Assembly: GCA_965207885.1 (NCBI GenBank)
Contig: OZ242311.1
Location: 4,896,001-4,960,000, forward strand
DNA: 64,000 nucleotides
Origin: Candidatus Latescibacterota bacterium
Lineage (GTDB): Bacteria; Latescibacterota; UBA2968
Direction: 5' to 3'
A program made the translations under genes and the position numbers. The notes beneath the pieces are model-generated. The model was given only the letters and a program-made list of their open reading frames with translations, ran no database searches and was not told where the DNA came from. Each line of letters starts with the position of its first letter. The first letter of the stretch is position 1. Positions 18,633 to 28,254 of this stretch are shown here, piece by piece.

Positions 18633-20861
18633 TCAAACCACATTCATTTGACCATAACAGGCATAGGCTTCTTCGATAAAGAGTTGGGCTTCTTCGACGA
18701 CCTGATGGGCAATGTCGCGGGTGTATTCGGCGACTTCCTCTTCGTGAACGCGGAAGAGATAATTGGCAAATTTTGCGCCGGCAAACTGGTTGTAGAACAA
18801 CTCGGTATCGCAAAAGCGCGTGCGAAATTCTTCGACGATGACATCGGCATCTTCTGGTACGTCGAGAAACTGCGTTTTGACCAGTGCTTTGGCGGCGTGC
18901 AACATCGCGCCGAAAGCCGTTTTGTACGCAGCTTCGTAGTCGCCTTCCTCCAGGTAAATCTGCGATTCAAAGGATTCGGTTTCGCAGCCGGATAGTTCAA
19001 ATTGCACCAGTGAAACCACTTCGCCAGCGCATTCGCCTTTGCCCATATCGCCGATGGTAAATTCGCGTGTATCGCCCCAGTCCGTATAGTAGGAGGGGTC
19101 TATTTCGTGCATGGGAACCTGCGTGAGGCCCTGAAGCAGGTCTTTGACGTCTTTTTTTCCGATACGCTGAATATAGGCCTGGAAGCTTTCGTCTTTTTCG
19201 CGGTTTTCAACATAATTGTCGGTGATGCGTTCGATGACGGCCGGAATATTTTTGGAGGGAATAGCGCCCATGGCCAGGCCGTAAGAGGCCGCATTTTCGG
19301 TCCATTGTCCGCCGAGTACGACCTGGAAGTGCGGTACGGTATAGCCATTGATTTTTCGGCTGTTGCCGTAAAACCCGAGATCGGCTACGTGGTGTTGCCC
19401 GCAGGAATTAAAACACCCGCTGATTTTGATGCGGAAGTTTTTGATGGCGTCGTCGAGTTGGAGATTCTGTTGCGCCAATTGCGTTCGCAACTTCGCAGCG
19501 AGACCGCGCGATGAGGAAATGCCCAATTTGCAGGTGTCGGTGCCCGGGCAGGCGGTGACATCGACGATGGTACCAGCTCCTGGTTCAGCTAATTCCAGTT
19601 CACAAAGGTCATTGTAGAGCGAAACGACATCGGATTCGCTGACCCATCGAAGGATGATGTTTTGCTCGACGGTGGCGCGAATGGTGTCTTTGACGTATTT
19701 GCGCGCGATATCGGCGAGGTTTCGCATCTGATCGGATGTGATATCTCCCAGAGGCAGACATATTGTTGCGACCACATAGCCTTCTTGCCGCTGTTTGTAG
19801 ATATTGGTTTCTGCCCAGGCATCAAATGCTTCGGAACGCGCAACCCCATTGAGAGGAGCAGCGATTTTGAGGGGTTCTTCACCGTAGCTGTCCAGGTCGT
19901 CGAGATAGGCTGTCCACGCAGGGTCTTCGGGCAGGATTTTGCGTTCTTCTTCGACAAGGCGAATAAATTCTTCGATGCCGAGCTTGGCGACGAGAAATTT
20001 GATGCGCGCACGGGCGCGATTTGTTTTTTCACCCAGGCGGGCAAACACGCGGCATATTGCCTGCGCTGTGGGCAAAAGCTCTTCGGGAGGCAGAAATTCC
20101 GAGTAGAGTTTGGCCTGGTGGGGCACGGCTCCCAAGCCGCCGCCGACGTAGGTTTCGAACCCGCGTTTGCCGTCTTTGATGCGTGCGATCATGCCCATGT
20201 CGTGCATGCTGGTCAAGCCGCATGCTTCCTGGGCACATCCGGAAAAGGCGATTTTGAATTTGCGACCAAAGTCCTGGCAGTCGGGGTGTCCGAGGAGGAA
20301 TTGGGCGAGGGCATGAGAATACGGCGTGACATCAAATGTTTCGGTGTGACACACGCCCGAAAGCGGACAGGCCGTGACATTGCGGATGGAGTTTCCGCAG
20401 GCTTCTCGGGTGGTAATATCCACGGCGGCGAGGCGGCGCATGAGGTCGGGTGTGTCTTCGATGTGTACGTAGTGAATTTGAATATCCTGGCGCGTGGTGA
20501 TGTGCAAAATGCCGTCAGAATATTCTTCGGCTATGTCGGCCAATACATCCATTTGATCGGTGGTAAGACCGCCATAAGGGATTTTGATGCGCTGCATACC
20601 CGGCGCATCCCAGACCGTGTCCGGCCCTTTGAGAAGATCGCCGCTGGGATAGTGAAGTGGTTTGGTTACCTGGCCGTCAAAGCGTTGCCCATTGTCGTAG
20701 CGCTGGCCGTAAACACCGCGGCGAAGACGGGTTTCTGCAAAGACGCGGTCGTCAATTTGTCCCTGTTTTTTTTGTTCGATCTGCGCTTCAAATGTATCGA
20801 TTTCAGCACTTAGATCTTCCGGGATCAAATCGCGCAATTCTTCTTTCCAATTTGTGGCCAT
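18633..20861 (-). CDS. Ferredoxin-dependent siroheme nitrite/sulfite reductase with a C-terminal HEPN-like helical extension
   Basis: RGVYGQR, HITTRQDIQ, EACGNSIRNVTACP, RKFKIAFSGC, ACPGTDTCKLG, SGCFNSCGQH; extra ~130 aa after GECAG. Confidence 0.9.
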   Translation of the reverse strand: MATNWKEELRDLIPEDLSAEIDTFEAQIEQKKQGQIDDRVFAETRLRRGVYGQRYDNGQRFDGQVTKPLHYPSGDLLKGPDTVWDAPGMQRIKIPYGGLTTDQMDVLADIAEEYSDGILHITTRQDIQIHYVHIEDTPDLMRRLAAVDITTREACGNSIRNVTACPLSGVCHTETFDVTPYSHALAQFLLGHPDCQDFGRKFKIAFSGCAQEACGLTSMHDMGMIARIKDGKRGFETYVGGGLGAVPHQAKLYSEFLPPEELLPTAQAICRVFARLGEKTNRARARIKFLVAKLGIEEFIRLVEEERKILPEDPAWTAYLDDLDSYGEEPLKIAAPLNGVARSEAFDAWAETNIYKQRQEGYVVATICLPLGDITSDQMRNLADIARKYVKDTIRATVEQNIILRWVSESDVVSLYNDLCELELAEPGAGTIVDVTACPGTDTCKLGISSSRGLAAKLRTQLAQQNLQLDDAIKNFRIKISGCFNSCGQHHVADLGFYGNSRKINGYTVPHFQVVLGGQWTENAASYGLAMGAIPSKNIPAVIERITDNYVENREKDESFQAYIQRIGKKDVKDLLQGLTQVPMHEIDPSYYTDWGDTREFTIGDMGKGECAGEVVSLVQFELSGCETESFESQIYLEEGDYEAAYKTAFGAMLHAAKALVKTQFLDVPEDADVIVEEFRTRFCDTELFYNQFAGAKFANYLFRVHEEEVAEYTRDIAHQVVEEAQLFIEEAYACYGQMNVV

Positions 20862-20972
20862 GATATATCACCTGTAGTTAGGAGATTTTTGGTTGAGCAC
20901 GATCAAAAATGAATTTGAAACTTAGTGTATTATGGGGATTTGTCAAGGGTAAAAGGTAAGACGTGAGAGGTA

Positions 20973-21983
20973 TTATCCCCCGATTTGATACATTTCGATT
21001 TTGCGAGTTGCAGGGGTGTGTTCAGAGCGGATTTCGGAGTAGCGGTCCGCGCGGTGGCGCCATATCTGGATGATCTGGTCGCGGAGGTCGGCGTTGGATG
21101 CGCCTTGTCGCAGGGCATCGCGCAGGTCTGTTCCCTCTGAAGCGAAGAGACAGGTGTAGAGTTTGCCGTCAGTGGATAAGCGGGCGCGCGTACAGTCGCC
21201 ACAAAAGGGCTGCGTGACAGAGGCGATGACGCCGATTTCACCGCCGCCATCGATATAGCGATAGCGTTTTGCGACTTCGCCTATGTAGTTGGAGTCAAGG
21301 GGCTCGAGGGGTAAGACGGTGTGAATGCGATCGATAATTTCTGCTGCAGGTACGACCTGATCCATGTTCCAGTTGTTGCGATTGCCCACGTCCATAAACT
21401 CGATGAATCGCAGGATGTGGCCCGTGTTGTGGAAGTGTTGGGCAAGGTCGATAACGAGGTGGTCGTTGATGCCTTTTTGAACGACTGCGTTGATTTTTAT
21501 GACCTGGAAGCCCGCCTTTTCAGCAGCGCGGATGCCTTCGAGTACTCGCTCGGTGCCATGGGTGCGACCACTCATGAGATTAAAGGTCTGGTCGTCAATC
21601 GCATCGAGGCTCACGGTGAGGCGGTGCAGGCCGGCGTTTTTGAGGCTCTGTGCTTTGGTGCCGAGGAGGTAGCCATTGGTTGTGAGGGTGAGATCTTGAA
21701 CGCCACTGATCTGCGACAGCTTGGCGATGAGGGTTTCGAGGTCTCGACGCAGAAGGGGCTCACCGCCGGTGACCCGGATCTTGGTGACGCCGAGATCGAC
21801 AAAAATTCTGGCGAGGCGGGTGATTTCTTCAAAGGTGAGGATTTCTGCTTTGGGAAGAAATTCGTATTTTTCGCCAAAAATCTCGGCGGGCATGCAATAG
21901 GGGCAGCGGAAATTGCATTTGTCGGTGACCGAAATACGCAGGTCGCGGATGGGGCGTTGCAATGTGTCGAGGAGGTCGGGCAT
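20973..21983 (-). CDS. moaA: GTP 3',8-cyclase (molybdenum cofactor biosynthesis)
   Basis: CNFRCPYC radical SAM motif, TGGEPLLR, FCGDCTRARL...LYTC, C-terminal MYQIGG. Confidence 0.97.
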   Translation of the reverse strand: MPDLLDTLQRPIRDLRISVTDKCNFRCPYCMPAEIFGEKYEFLPKAEILTFEEITRLARIFVDLGVTKIRVTGGEPLLRRDLETLIAKLSQISGVQDLTLTTNGYLLGTKAQSLKNAGLHRLTVSLDAIDDQTFNLMSGRTHGTERVLEGIRAAEKAGFQVIKINAVVQKGINDHLVIDLAQHFHNTGHILRFIEFMDVGNRNNWNMDQVVPAAEIIDRIHTVLPLEPLDSNYIGEVAKRYRYIDGGGEIGVIASVTQPFCGDCTRARLSTDGKLYTCLFASEGTDLRDALRQGASNADLRDQIIQIWRHRADRYSEIRSEHTPATRKIEMYQIGG

Positions 21984-21993
21984 TTTGAGATTA

Positions 21994-23010
21994 TTAGAAT
22001 TTTAAGATTGTCCACACGGGCACGTGATCCGAAGCCAGGTCACCGCGTATGGTATAGACGATTTCGCCGTCAGAGAAACGGATGCGTGAGCGGGTTCCCT
22101 TCACGGCTTCGGCGTGGGTGAAAATGCCCGATGATTGGACGTGATTCTTCAGGTTTTGGGACACGAGGATTTGGTCAAAAAGGATTGCTTTGACTTTGAC
22201 GTCCCGGGCAAAATTGTGTGGTTTGTCCCGCCATTTGTTGTTTTCTGCGCGCGCACCTGGGACTATGGGTTCGAAGATATCGCTTTCGTTTTTTTCGTAT
22301 ATATCATGGTATCCATAAGAACAATAGTCCCGATCTAACAAGGCTTCGGATGTGTTGTAGAGAAAAGCATCGGGTACCTGGTCAATTCCGGCAAGTGCGT
22401 CGGGATTGCCGGATTCGAGAATGTTGAGCGAACGGTCGTCAGGATTGTCGTTGAAGTCGCCGAGCAATATAATGTGGTCGTATTTCACGCGGCTGGTGAG
22501 ATAATGCATGGTCATGGTCGCGCTGGCTTCTCGGCGCGCGTTGGTTTTGGCGCGACCACCCGATCGCGATTTGGCGTGGTGAACCAGAACAATCAAGCGG
22601 TGGCCATATCCCTCGACATAAGCCTGGAGGAGATCGCGTTTTCGGGGAAATGCCTGGTCGTGTACTTTTTCTGGAAAGACCATTTTGAGGTCGGTAATTT
22701 CAAATGGCTCGCGTACTGCTATGGCGAGTTCCTGGAGTTCTTCGGGATCATCGAGCATGCCGATGGTATAGTTGTCGGGCAAAATGCGCTTGAGCGCGGA
22801 TTTTGATTGGATTTCCTGAAAGCCGATGATGTCCGCATTGAGTTCGTGCACAACTGTTTGCAGGCGTTCCTGACGCGCATTGGAAATGCCATCGTCGAGC
22901 CAATAGATATTGTAAGTCGCGATCTTGATTTCGGCGGGCTGTGGGCCACACGCAAAAAATAAGAGCAGAATCAGGGAGGCGAGATATGTCCTCTTTACTC
23001 GTTTTTGCAT
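21994..23010 (-). CDS. Endonuclease/exonuclease/phosphatase (EEP) family lipoprotein
   Basis: Lipobox FFA-C; ATYNI, FQEI, HAKS, GDFND, FDQI, SDHVPV. GGAG before ATG 23010. Confidence 0.85.
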   Translation of the reverse strand: MQKRVKRTYLASLILLLFFACGPQPAEIKIATYNIYWLDDGISNARQERLQTVVHELNADIIGFQEIQSKSALKRILPDNYTIGMLDDPEELQELAIAVREPFEITDLKMVFPEKVHDQAFPRKRDLLQAYVEGYGHRLIVLVHHAKSRSGGRAKTNARREASATMTMHYLTSRVKYDHIILLGDFNDNPDDRSLNILESGNPDALAGIDQVPDAFLYNTSEALLDRDYCSYGYHDIYEKNESDIFEPIVPGARAENNKWRDKPHNFARDVKVKAILFDQILVSQNLKNHVQSSGIFTHAEAVKGTRSRIRFSDGEIVYTIRGDLASDHVPVWTILKF

Positions 23011-23068
23011 GCAAATCTCCAAATAGAGTAGGGATAAGGCTATCTGCCCAATAATATACACGATTGCG

Positions 23069-23107
23069 AAAAAAATAAAAGGGCGACGGTATAAACCGCC
23101 GCCCTTT
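23069..23107 (-). terminator. Intrinsic terminator after smc
   Basis: On the - strand: AAAGGGCGGCGGT-TTAT-ACCGTCGCCCTTT-TATTTTTTT. Confidence 0.8.
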
Positions 23108-23128
23108 GTGTTGTCCGAGGTTGGGCAA

Positions 23129-26100
23129 TCAATCATCATCTGCGGGTTGTGCCACGGCTTCGGTGAACGAGTCAACACTATCGACCTGGTTTTCGCTGTC
23201 GCTGGATATTTTGACGGAAACGAGCCTGGAGACGCCGGGTTCTTCCATGGTCACGCCGTGCAGGGTTTCGCCAGATTCCATCGTCCCTTTGTTGTGGGTG
23301 ACAACGATGAACTGCGATTGTTTGGCGAATTTTTGGATGACTTTTACAAAGCGCGCGATATTGGCATCATCAAGAGGCGCATCGACTTCGTCGAGGACGC
23401 AAAAGGGACTGGGTTTGACCAGGTAAATTGCAAAGAGAAGGGCAATAGCCGTCAGGGCGCGTTCGCCGCCCGAAAGCAGATTAATGCTCTGCAGGCGTTT
23501 GCCCCATGGGCGCGCTGTGATGATGATGGGTGCCTCGAGGGGATCTTCGTCGGGGGGCATGGTCAGGTCGGCTTCGCCGCCTTCAAAAAATTCCTGGAAT
23601 GTGGTCTGGAAATTTTCTCGAATGCGGCCAAAGGTATCGAGAAAGCGCTGGCGCGCCGTGCGGTCGATGCGCGTGATGGTGCGCTTGACGATTTCCTCGG
23701 CCTCCAGAAGGTCGTCGCGCTGGTGCGTGAGAAATTCAAGACGTTCTTTTTGAACTTCGTACTCTTCGAGCGCCGCCAGGTTGACAGATCCCATGCGCCG
23801 CATACGCTCTTGCAGTTCGTGGGTCTTTTTTTCTGCCATATCCGCGTTAAATTCGGGATCCTTAAAACGCCCCTGTTCGACAATATCGACTTCGTAATCG
23901 CGCTTGAGGCGTTGGATAATTCCCTCGCCGCGCTCTTTGATATGCGCCATGGCGACTTGAATTTCGCTTAAACGCTCGCGGTGTTGTGTTGTGCGGCGAT
24001 TTTTTTCCCGCAGCTTTTCTTCAATGGCGCGCGCTGCCATCACGATTTCGTGTTGTCTGTGCGCTTGTGCATCGCGTTTGTGCTCAATGCGGGATTGTTG
24101 CTTGTGCAGGACTTCCAGTTCGCCCGACGCTGTTCCGATGTTTTCTTCGCGTCCTTGTTTGCGTTTTTGGCTTTCATCGGCCTCGCCGGACAATCGCTCG
24201 ATTTCGCGGGCAATGGCTTCGCGCTCTCGACCCTGGCGCACAGCTTCGTGTGCGAGGCTTTCGATGCGTTCTTTCAAAGAGGCAATTTCCACGCGCACAG
24301 CAGCGACGCCATCTTGAAGTACGCGCCGCTGGTGTTCTTTTTCGCGCAAGTCTTCATCTGCACGGCGAACCACGTCTTCGAGGGTCTCGCGTTTGACATC
24401 GAGCTTTGTTTGCGCCTCTTCTGCTTGGGAAATCAAATGCATCAATTCGCTTTCTCGCTGTGCGAGTTGTGCGGTTTCCCGGTCGAGTTCTATCACTGAC
24501 TGAGCCTGGCGTTTGGCTTCTGTTTCGGCGTTTTGTCGGTCTCTTTGAAGGCCCGCACGGCGGTTGTGCAAATCGGCCAATGCGTTATCGCAGGCTTCGA
24601 TTTGCGCGAGGTGTTTGTCGAGTGTTTCGAGCGAGCGAGCCAGTTGTGTTTCGCACTTTGAGAGTGCAGTTTGGGCGGATTCTATGGCCGACTGGAGGTC
24701 GTCAATTTGTTGCTGGCGACCAATGAGGCCCGATTCTGAGGTTGCATCTGCACCGCCATATACCGTGCCATCTGCGGAAAAAACTTCGCCGCTGAGTGTC
24801 ACAATTTCAATGCCTCTGTCATGCATGGCACCGCTGTGAACAATCGCGGTTTGTGCATCGCTTACAATCAGGGTATGGCGCAGCAGCGCAGATACGGCAC
24901 CGTGTATATCGCGCTGTGGATTTAACAGATCGCTTGCCAGCCCGACAATCCCCTCTCCTTTGGGTACTTCGCTGTGTACGCCATTGGTAGAGATGATGCG
25001 TTCAAGGGGCAAGAATGCAGCAGCGCCGTGTTCTCCTTGTCTGAGAAAGTCAATGGCCCAACGCGCGTCGTCGGTATTGCTGACGATCAAACATTCCAGT
25101 GCACGTCCCAGCGCGGCTTCAATGGCGGTGACGTATTCGGGTTTGACATCGACCATGTCGGCGACAACGCCCTGAATGCGATTGGAAAAAGGCGAATCCA
25201 CGGCCAGAGCACGCACGCCTTTGGAATAGCCTTCAAAGCCTTCTCTCAGTTTTTGGAGGAGGGCGACCCGCGCCTGATCGGCTTCGATATTTGCGCGCAA
25301 GCGGTTGCGCGATTCGATTTGTTCATCTCGCTGGGCAATACAGCGATCACGACCCGCGATCTGTTGTTGTCGTTCTTCTGTGCGTTGGGCAATTTGACTT
25401 TCAACTGAGGCGATTTGTTCTGCGGACTGATTGGCAGTTTCGTCAGCCTCCTGGCGGCGTGCAGCCACGCGCTCAATATCCTGAGTCAATCGCGCCTTGC
25501 GCTGTACAATGCCTTCGCGCTCGGCCTGCATGCGCTCGAGGCTCTTGCCCTGATCGCTATTTTGGCGCAATAGATCCATCAACTGAGATTTTTGGGCATC
25601 GACTTGTGTGCGCTGTGTGTCCAGATCCCGGATTTCTGCTTCGAGTTTGGCGGTTTTCTCTTCGAGTTTGACTTCTGCGGATTTGAGTCTTTTACCGGCT
25701 TCACGCCCGTCTTGCTCGGCGGCTTTTTGGCCTTTTTGGGCGTTGTCAAGACGCACCTTGAGCGATTTTTGCTGATACTCGGCGCGTTCTAAAAATGCGT
25801 GAATGTTGCGTAACTCTTCGCGTGCAACGAGTATCTCGCTGTCTTTGCCGTGTACGCGCTCGACGTGTTGCGATAGCTCGATATTGGCCTCGGCCAGTGC
25901 GCGATCCTGGTCGGTTAGTTCGACGCGCATTTCTTCGAGTTGGGCCTCGAGAGTGGTCATGTCGGTTTCTGAAATTTCGATATCTTCTTTGAGAAAGACC
26001 ATTTCCTCGCGCAGCGGCCCAGATTGGTCGGCCAGATCGAAGTATTGGAATCTCGCCAGTTTGATTTCGAGGTCGCGCAATTCATCTGACAGTGTTTTAT

Positions 26101-26743
26101 AGAGCCTTGCCTTGCGCTCTTGCCGCTGTAGCGATGCGACCTGACGCTGGATCTCTCCGAGCCAATCTTCCATTCTCTGCAGGTCTTGTTGAACGGCGAT
26201 GAGCCTATTCCACGCGGATCGTCGGCGAATTTTGTACCGCGTCACACCGGCGGCTTCTTCAAAGCACCGGCGGCGTTCTTCGGCATTGTCGCTGATGATT
26301 TCATCCACCATACCCTGTTCGATAACATAAGAAGACTGCGTGCCCAGCCCGGTGTCCATCAGCAAGTTTTGAATGTCTTTCAGGCGGCACGGAATTTTAT
26401 TGAGCAGGTAGTCGCTTTCGCCGGATCGGAACAGACGGCGGGTAATGGTGACTTCGGAAAATTCGGTGGGTAAAACTTTTTGTGAATTATCGAGTGTGAG
26501 CGATACTTCGGCCATACCGAGGGGTTTGCGCGAGCGCGTACCGGAAAAAATTACGTCTCCCATACTGCCGCTACGCAAAGATCGGGGGCGCTGTTCGCCC
26601 AGTGCCCAGCGCAGCGCATCAACCACGTTGGACTTGCCACAACCATTTGGTCCCACGACACATGTAATGCCTTTTTGAAAGGGCATGTCGAGCTTTTGTG
26701 CAAAGGACTTAAAACCCAGTGTTTGCAAACGAGTCAGGTGCAA
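23129..26743 (-). CDS. smc: Chromosome segregation protein SMC
   Basis: GFKSF, Walker A GPNGCGKSN, coiled coils, hinge (YVTAIEAALG), LSGGE, LDEVDAPLD. TTG start with AGGAGG RBS. Confidence 0.97.
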   Translation of the reverse strand: MHLTRLQTLGFKSFAQKLDMPFQKGITCVVGPNGCGKSNVVDALRWALGEQRPRSLRSGSMGDVIFSGTRSRKPLGMAEVSLTLDNSQKVLPTEFSEVTITRRLFRSGESDYLLNKIPCRLKDIQNLLMDTGLGTQSSYVIEQGMVDEIISDNAEERRRCFEEAAGVTRYKIRRRSAWNRLIAVQQDLQRMEDWLGEIQRQVASLQRQERKARLYKTLSDELRDLEIKLARFQYFDLADQSGPLREEMVFLKEDIEISETDMTTLEAQLEEMRVELTDQDRALAEANIELSQHVERVHGKDSEILVAREELRNIHAFLERAEYQQKSLKVRLDNAQKGQKAAEQDGREAGKRLKSAEVKLEEKTAKLEAEIRDLDTQRTQVDAQKSQLMDLLRQNSDQGKSLERMQAEREGIVQRKARLTQDIERVAARRQEADETANQSAEQIASVESQIAQRTEERQQQIAGRDRCIAQRDEQIESRNRLRANIEADQARVALLQKLREGFEGYSKGVRALAVDSPFSNRIQGVVADMVDVKPEYVTAIEAALGRALECLIVSNTDDARWAIDFLRQGEHGAAAFLPLERIISTNGVHSEVPKGEGIVGLASDLLNPQRDIHGAVSALLRHTLIVSDAQTAIVHSGAMHDRGIEIVTLSGEVFSADGTVYGGADATSESGLIGRQQQIDDLQSAIESAQTALSKCETQLARSLETLDKHLAQIEACDNALADLHNRRAGLQRDRQNAETEAKRQAQSVIELDRETAQLAQRESELMHLISQAEEAQTKLDVKRETLEDVVRRADEDLREKEHQRRVLQDGVAAVRVEIASLKERIESLAHEAVRQGREREAIAREIERLSGEADESQKRKQGREENIGTASGELEVLHKQQSRIEHKRDAQAHRQHEIVMAARAIEEKLREKNRRTTQHRERLSEIQVAMAHIKERGEGIIQRLKRDYEVDIVEQGRFKDPEFNADMAEKKTHELQERMRRMGSVNLAALEEYEVQKERLEFLTHQRDDLLEAEEIVKRTITRIDRTARQRFLDTFGRIRENFQTTFQEFFEGGEADLTMPPDEDPLEAPIIITARPWGKRLQSINLLSGGERALTAIALLFAIYLVKPSPFCVLDEVDAPLDDANIARFVKVIQKFAKQSQFIVVTHNKGTMESGETLHGVTMEEPGVSRLVSVKISSDSENQVDSVDSFTEAVAQPADDD

Positions 26744-26944
26744 TGAAAACCTCCTACTCGAATTTTTCTAAGAGCATAAGACGCGAAAAAACAAGGAGAT
26801 GTAGTAATAAAAGTCAGGACATCTGCGTGTCAAAACTCAATGGGGAAAATAGAGGACGCTCTTTGGACTGCATTTACAAACAACAGCCCGGGGGGAGATT
26901 CGGGGAACTACATTTTGTGGAGGGGAAGGTTGTTACACGCCGCT

Positions 26945-26973
26945 ATAATACTATATCTTGTGGCAGTCGTCAA
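26945..26973 (-). promoter_or_regulatory. Sigma70-like promoter about 200 nt upstream of smc
   Basis: TTGACG, 17 nt, TATTAT on the - strand. Confidence 0.5.
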
Positions 26974-27114
26974 GGGTAAAAAACGGGGCAGTCCCCCCTG
27001 TGTTCGTCCATTGAAGTGGTGGGGTTCTTTGGCGATTGACATTATCTCATGGGCAATCTAATTTAGGCATGGTGTTTCGCACTGAGCAGCACTTTCACAG
27101 AATAGGAGTTTTTT

Positions 27115-28242
27115 ATGCTGAATTTACACGGTGAAAAAATTATTCGGATTGAAAAAGTGGTTATGAAATTTAAGCGGCCCCGCCTGATCGGTCGCAATGC
27201 GCGAATTGGCGTTCACGGGGATATGGTGACGGATCCCGTGGTTCGCATTCATACAAGTAGCGGTGTTATTGGCGTTGGGTGGTCGCGGTTGGGTCGGGAA
27301 GAAGCCGAGTCATTGGTGGGCAAAGCCGTTGGGGATGTGTTCCAATTGCCGGGGGGATCAAACGAAGCTGGAACGGTGATTGATTTGCCTCTGTGGGATC
27401 TGGTAGCCAAATTGTCGGATCAGCCGTTGTACAAACTCCTGGGTGCTCGGGGATCTCGGGCAGTCGAGTTGTACGATGGTTCGGTTTATATCGACGATCT
27501 GGATGCCTCGGACGCGGAGGCTGTGGAGATATTCCGGGACGAAGTCAAGACAGGGCACGATTACGGGTATAAAAATTTCAAAATTAAAATTGGTCGCGGC
27601 GCGCGCTGGATGCCTGTTACAGAAGGTACGGATCGGGATGTGCTGGTTATTCACATTGTTCGTGAAGCCGCTGGCGCAGATGCAAAGATACTCGTTGATG
27701 CAAATAATGGCACGACGCTCAATATTGCAAAAGATATTCTCGAGCGTTGTGAAGATGTGGGGATTTACTGGTTTGAAGAACCGTTTCCCGAAGATGGGGC
27801 TTTTAACGAGGATTTTAAGCAGTTCATCGTCGAGAAAGGATACGATACGCTCGTCGCCGATGGGGAATCGGGTCCTCCGCCACCCAGTTATTTTGATATG
27901 GTCAAAAGGGGATGGATCGATGTGGTGCAACACGATTTTCGCGCCAAGGGGCTTACGTGGTGGCGCGAGACTGCCGCGATGATCGAACCCTGGGGAGGCC
28001 AATGTGCGCCTCATTGCTGGGGCAGCTTGATCGAGCGCTATGCCCACGCGCATTTTGCAGCTTCCGTCCCCCATTTTGCGCTTCAAGAAGCCGCTCCTGC
28101 AGATATGCCGGGTGTTGTGCTGGATGGCTGGACAATGCAGGATGGATGTTTGATGGTGCCAGATACGCCGGGTACGGGATTTGACCTCGAGGCAGATGTG
28201 ATTGAAGAGGGGGTGAAGCGGGAAGATGGGTTCAGGGTGTAA
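27115..28242 (+). CDS. Mandelate racemase/muconate lactonizing (enolase superfamily) enzyme
   Basis: DLPLWDL, FKIKIG, VDAN, WFEEP, ADGE, PHCWG; AGGAG RBS. Confidence 0.85.
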   Translation: MLNLHGEKIIRIEKVVMKFKRPRLIGRNARIGVHGDMVTDPVVRIHTSSGVIGVGWSRLGREEAESLVGKAVGDVFQLPGGSNEAGTVIDLPLWDLVAKLSDQPLYKLLGARGSRAVELYDGSVYIDDLDASDAEAVEIFRDEVKTGHDYGYKNFKIKIGRGARWMPVTEGTDRDVLVIHIVREAAGADAKILVDANNGTTLNIAKDILERCEDVGIYWFEEPFPEDGAFNEDFKQFIVEKGYDTLVADGESGPPPPSYFDMVKRGWIDVVQHDFRAKGLTWWRETAAMIEPWGGQCAPHCWGSLIERYAHAHFAASVPHFALQEAAPADMPGVVLDGWTMQDGCLMVPDTPGTGFDLEADVIEEGVKREDGFRV

Positions 28243-28254
28243 TGGAGACAATAT

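Noticed and set aside
23129-26743. SMC as part of a Wadjet/MksBEF or other defence system
   Set aside because: Canonical hinge-containing housekeeping SMC with no jetABD-like neighbours.
26744-27114. tRNA or known riboswitch in the largest intergenic gap
   Set aside because: No cloverleaf, T-loop or recognisable aptamer consensus seen by eye; an Infernal/tRNAscan run would be needed to exclude one fully.
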